Origin: a virus
Lineage: Duplodnaviria; Caudoviricetes
IMG/VR virus record: IMGVR_UViG_3300025160_000014
Coordinates: 1 to 37,033 of that record
DNA length: 37,033 nt
Strand: one strand, 5' to 3'
How positions within the stretch are numbered: the first letter of the stretch is position 1; each line of letters starts with the position of its first letter. The notes beneath the pieces were generated by a model. It was not told the DNA's origin and did not search any database. It was given only the letters and a program-made list of their open reading frames with translations. The translations under genes were made by a program, and so were the position numbers. Positions 33,949 through 37,033 of the stretch are shown here, one piece after another.

Positions 33949-34284
33949 ATGCCATTAGCAACAGAATATTCAGCAGCAACAGCATACGCAAAATTCCTGA
34001 AAGGTAAATGTAAAGAGGAGTGCGGGTGCGGAGGCGAGTGCGATGAATGTAAAGGATGCAACGAGTGTAAGGATGACTGTGGGTGCTGCCCTCCGGGACT
34101 TGTCGCCGTAAAAGACAACGAAGACAACCATGTAGCGTGCTTAACTCCAAATGACGCTGAGTTGTATTACAAAGATATTTTCCAGTGCCGCGAAGGGTTT
34201 GTTAAAGCGTATGACTCAGACGGAGATTTTGTCGGATGCCTCAGCGTGACCGACTATGTAGCATATAAAGCCACCTTACCTTAA
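33949..34284 (+). CDS. Very Cys-rich small protein
   Basis: KCKEECGCGGECDECKGCNECKDDCGCCPPG followed by two related C..G.V...D...CL repeats. Confidence 0.8.
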   Translation: MPLATEYSAATAYAKFLKGKCKEECGCGGECDECKGCNECKDDCGCCPPGLVAVKDNEDNHVACLTPNDAELYYKDIFQCREGFVKAYDSDGDFVGCLSVTDYVAYKATLP

Positions 34285-34294
34285 AAAATAAACA

Positions 34295-34891
34295 ATGGGA
34301 GAAATTCTCGTAGGAACACCAGCAAGTATAGCCACCCCTCCGGCAGGACAGGTGACGCTGTTTTTGAACACGCTGAACAACAACATCCTTTCTTATAAGG
34401 ATGAAAATGGAGATGTGTTTATCTATAGTGCCGGCAACGGCGATGAGGTGATGGACTGCTGTGCGTGCGACATCGCTAAAGACCTGATCGGAAAGATCGG
34501 ATGCTCTTTGAAAGATGGCATCATAGATGCAGCCGCATTCCAGGCTATCGTCAACGCCGGTATCTCTGTGGTTGGCAACAGCACTAACGACGGAAACGGA
34601 AATAAGACATGCAACATCAGCATCTCTGCTTCCAATGTCCCTGTAACCGGAGTCTCTGTTGTTCCAACAGTGATCAACCCGCTTGCCGTCCTCGGACAGG
34701 CAGTGGCAGTGGCTACCATAACCCCGGCAAACGCTTCCAATCAGACTAAGATCTGGAGCAGCGACAACGTGGCAGTAGCTACAGTTGACCAGAACGGAGT
34801 GATCACCGGGGTATCTGCAGGACTGGCAATCATCACAGTGACAACTGCTGATGGATTATTCACAGCGACAGTAACAGTAACGGTAATCTAA
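34295..34891 (+). CDS. Ig-like (Big_2) domain virion protein
   Basis: VPVTGVSV...ATITPANASNQ..IWSSDN.AVATVD.NG.ITGV.AG.A.ITVTTADG.FTAT.TVTV. Confidence 0.9.
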   Translation: MGEILVGTPASIATPPAGQVTLFLNTLNNNILSYKDENGDVFIYSAGNGDEVMDCCACDIAKDLIGKIGCSLKDGIIDAAAFQAIVNAGISVVGNSTNDGNGNKTCNISISASNVPVTGVSVVPTVINPLAVLGQAVAVATITPANASNQTKIWSSDNVAVATVDQNGVITGVSAGLAIITVTTADGLFTATVTVTVI

Positions 34892-34893
34892 AT

Positions 34894-35166
34894 ATGATCA
34901 CAACACTGCATTCTTCGTTTGATCGACTGGTCCACTTTTGCCAGGATCATCCTATCTATGTAGCCATGATCGGAGCGTTTTCGGTTTTTATGCAACGCAT
35001 AGAGATTCTGCTCGGGATACAAATAGTAGAGAGGTCATTTTTAGATGTTGTTATGGAGATATTTAAAGGCGTTACTATCGTTGGCGGGGCATGTATCGTT
35101 GTGCTGACGGTAGTTCTTAAAGTGATCGAGCTAAGGGATAAACTGAAAAAGAAGAAAAAGAAATGA
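34894..35166 (+). CDS. Putative holin/antiholin
   Basis: Two hydrophobic segments and a poly-Lys C-terminus; ATGA overlap with the endolysin. Confidence 0.65.
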   Translation: MITTLHSSFDRLVHFCQDHPIYVAMIGAFSVFMQRIEILLGIQIVERSFLDVVMEIFKGVTIVGGACIVVLTVVLKVIELRDKLKKKKKK

Positions 35167-35795
35167 CAACATTTCTGATTGATGCCGGTCATGGAGGAAT
35201 AGTTGACGGAAAGTACGTCACGCCAGGTAAGAGGTCGCCAAAATTTGACGACGGCTCTCAACTTTTTGAAGGAGTTTACAATCGGCAGATAGCCAAAAAG
35301 ATCATCAGCCTTTGCACGGAAAATGGAATCCCTCATGTAGAAATATGTGTCGCAGAGCAGACGGATATATCTCTATCCGACAGGGTGCGCCGGGCTAACG
35401 ACTTCTATAAAACATCCAGCAAGAACTGTGTTTACATCTCCCTTCATGGAGATGCGGCAGGAGATGGGGTAAACTGGCACCAGGCAAGCGGGATCTCTGT
35501 GTATACCAGTCCCGGACAAACCAAGTCGGATATTTTTGCGTCGCTGGCCATCGACGAGCTACAGCTAAAATTTGGTAGTGAGGTAAGGTGGAGATTCGAC
35601 AATACTGACAAGGACGAAGACAAGGAGGAAAATTTTTATGTGCTGAGAGAGACTTTGATGCCGGCAGTCCTGGGAGAGCATGGATTTATGACCAACAAGG
35701 AGGAGGCCACAAAAATGCTGACAGACGCGTGGCAGTGTAAGGTTGCTGAGGCATACCTTGAGGCAATGAAAAAATGGAATAAATTAAATTCTTGA
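35163..35795 (+). CDS. Endolysin, N-acetylmuramoyl-L-alanine amidase (Amidase_3)
   Basis: LIDAGHGG, FEG..N, SLSDRVRRAN, ISLH, NFYVLRET.MPAVLGE.GFMTN motifs. Confidence 0.95.
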   Translation: MTTFLIDAGHGGIVDGKYVTPGKRSPKFDDGSQLFEGVYNRQIAKKIISLCTENGIPHVEICVAEQTDISLSDRVRRANDFYKTSSKNCVYISLHGDAAGDGVNWHQASGISVYTSPGQTKSDIFASLAIDELQLKFGSEVRWRFDNTDKDEDKEENFYVLRETLMPAVLGEHGFMTNKEEATKMLTDAWQCKVAEAYLEAMKKWNKLNS

Positions 35796-35799
35796 TACT

Positions 35800-36126
35800 A
35801 TGGCCCAGCTGACGTTAGTTAACATACTCCTGCTTATCGCCGGACTATTCCTGCAGGTTCTGATGACGTTAAATAAGGTTATCAGAGACAAGAACTTCTC
35901 GTTGGGATATTGGATAAAGTCAAACGTGATCGAGTTCATGATAAGCATAATTAGTGCCTTTGTTGGAGTCGTGTTTGCAAAAGACGCCGTTGAGCTCCTG
36001 GGGTTCAAGGGGGAAGACAACAGTCCATTATATATGGTTCACGCATTTTTGTGTGGATACATGGGCAGAGAGATCATCTTTAGAATTATAGAGTGGGCGA
36101 AGATCCTTCTTGGAAAGAAAAAATGA
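35800..36126 (+). CDS. Second holin-like membrane protein
   Basis: About three hydrophobic helices and a basic C-terminus, within the lysis cassette. Confidence 0.6.
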   Translation: MAQLTLVNILLLIAGLFLQVLMTLNKVIRDKNFSLGYWIKSNVIEFMISIISAFVGVVFAKDAVELLGFKGEDNSPLYMVHAFLCGYMGREIIFRIIEWAKILLGKKK

Positions 36127-36605
36127 GGCTGCTGTTTCTCATATCGATACTGTCTTTTCTGATGACATCCTGTGTCACACAGGAGAAATGCAATCGACTA
36201 TTCCCGCCTACGGTGACGGTGAAGGATAGCATCATCACAAAAGAGACTATTAAATGGAAAGACACCACGATAACCATCCCGGGGGAAAGAGTCGTGATCA
36301 AGGATTTTGTGTGGTGCGACAGCCTGAGAAAAGCACAGCTCCCAAAGAAGAGCGTCAAGTCCGGAAGCCTCACGGCCACAGTAGAGATCAAAGATGGGGA
36401 GATCAAAGTGGACTGTAAGGCCGACAGCCTCCAGAAGGTCATCCAGCTGCAAGAGAAAACTATCGAAACACTAAAAACGCATTCGAGCACCGAAGTCAGA
36501 ATAGACAAAGAATACTTCATCCGCTGGTACGATCATGTAACACGGTGGGGTTTTCTTATCTTCGTTGCCGCAACGCTGGTATATTTTAAATTTCTTAAAA
36601 GATAA
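36123..36605 (+). CDS. Putative unimolecular spanin (lipoprotein with C-terminal TM helix)
   Basis: Start re-assigned to the ATG at 36123 (ATGA overlap): MRLLFLISILSFLMTS-C lipoprotein signal, beta-rich middle, C-terminal WGFLIFVAATLVYF-KFLKR. Confidence 0.7.
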   Translation: MRLLFLISILSFLMTSCVTQEKCNRLFPPTVTVKDSIITKETIKWKDTTITIPGERVVIKDFVWCDSLRKAQLPKKSVKSGSLTATVEIKDGEIKVDCKADSLQKVIQLQEKTIETLKTHSSTEVRIDKEYFIRWYDHVTRWGFLIFVAATLVYFKFLKR

Positions 36606-36608
36606 TTC

Positions 36609-37033
36609 ATGGGACAGATCATCACAACTTCAATCATCCAGAGAGGCACTAAGACCCTCACTCCTACCACATACGGATTTGATGTGGATGACTTTGCCCG
36701 TCCGCTGGTCGCCAGCGGAGCGAACACCGCCTTCTCCGTCAGCGAGCCCGCACAGACATCTCCCACGCCCAGTTCGGTAGATGTCGTTGACTATATCTCC
36801 AACAGCGCCCTGGCTGCGTTCATAGCCCTGAGCGATAAGCTCGTCGGGTTAAACGTAGTGAAGAGGAAAGGTCGTGATATGGCAAACACCTTGATGGGCT
36901 TTCATTACGACCGATTCACAGGCCCGCTCACAACCACTTCCGGAGGCGGAGCAAAGTTCATGTACCGCGAGGACGGAGATCCCGATTTCGTTGAGTACGA
37001 AGTCACACAGACCGTCGCAGCCATCGCCAACAG
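36609..37033 (+). CDS. Hypothetical protein (partial, runs off window end)
   Basis: Manual translation MGQIITTSIIQRGTKTLTPTTYGFDVDDFARPLV..., open to the end of the window. Confidence 0.8.
   Translation, partial: MGQIITTSIIQRGTKTLTPTTYGFDVDDFARPLVASGANTAFSVSEPAQTSPTPSSVDVVDYISNSALAAFIALSDKLVGLNVVKRKGRDMANTLMGFHYDRFTGPLTTTSGGGAKFMYREDGDPDFVEYEVTQTVAAIAN

Noticed and set aside
31479-34891. Diversity-generating retroelement or invertible tail-fibre switch
   Set aside because: No reverse transcriptase, recombinase or template/variable repeat pair is visible in the window.
36093-36122. Start of the spanin-like ORF at 36093 given by the ORF track
   Set aside because: The ATG at 36123 gives a clean lipoprotein signal peptide and an ATGA overlap with the upstream gene.
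5436-36780. Numerous minus-strand and short off-frame ORFs within the virion arm
   Set aside because: They are fully nested opposite or within long motif-bearing genes and have Ser/Phe-rich shadow composition.

Overview
This window is part of a tailed dsDNA phage genome with podovirus, crAss-like gene architecture. It very likely infects Bacteroidota, because TAnnTTTG promoters recur and genes have A-rich leaders without obvious Shine-Dalgarno sites; it reads in standard code 11. Positions 1-4620 are a leftward accessory arm with small hypothetical genes, a DUF4031-like gene and a degenerate MazG/PRA-PH-like gene. This arm also carries a circularly permuted (two-piece) tmRNA gene at about 414-681 (tag GIQPQMKMAA), a candidate 6S-like small RNA at 4524-4620 and a structured intergenic element at about 3843-4215. 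Positions 4673-37033 are a rightward virion and lysis arm: large terminase, portal, scaffold, major capsid, three ring/adaptor proteins, a muzzle-like protein, three putative ejection proteins (the largest 2277 aa), Cys-rich tail proteins, and a holin/amidase/holin/u-spanin cassette. Two homing endonuclease genes sit at gene junctions. The giant ejection gene hides two lysine-rich small ORFs in its +1 frame. All protein calls come from motif recognition and gene order, not from database searches.
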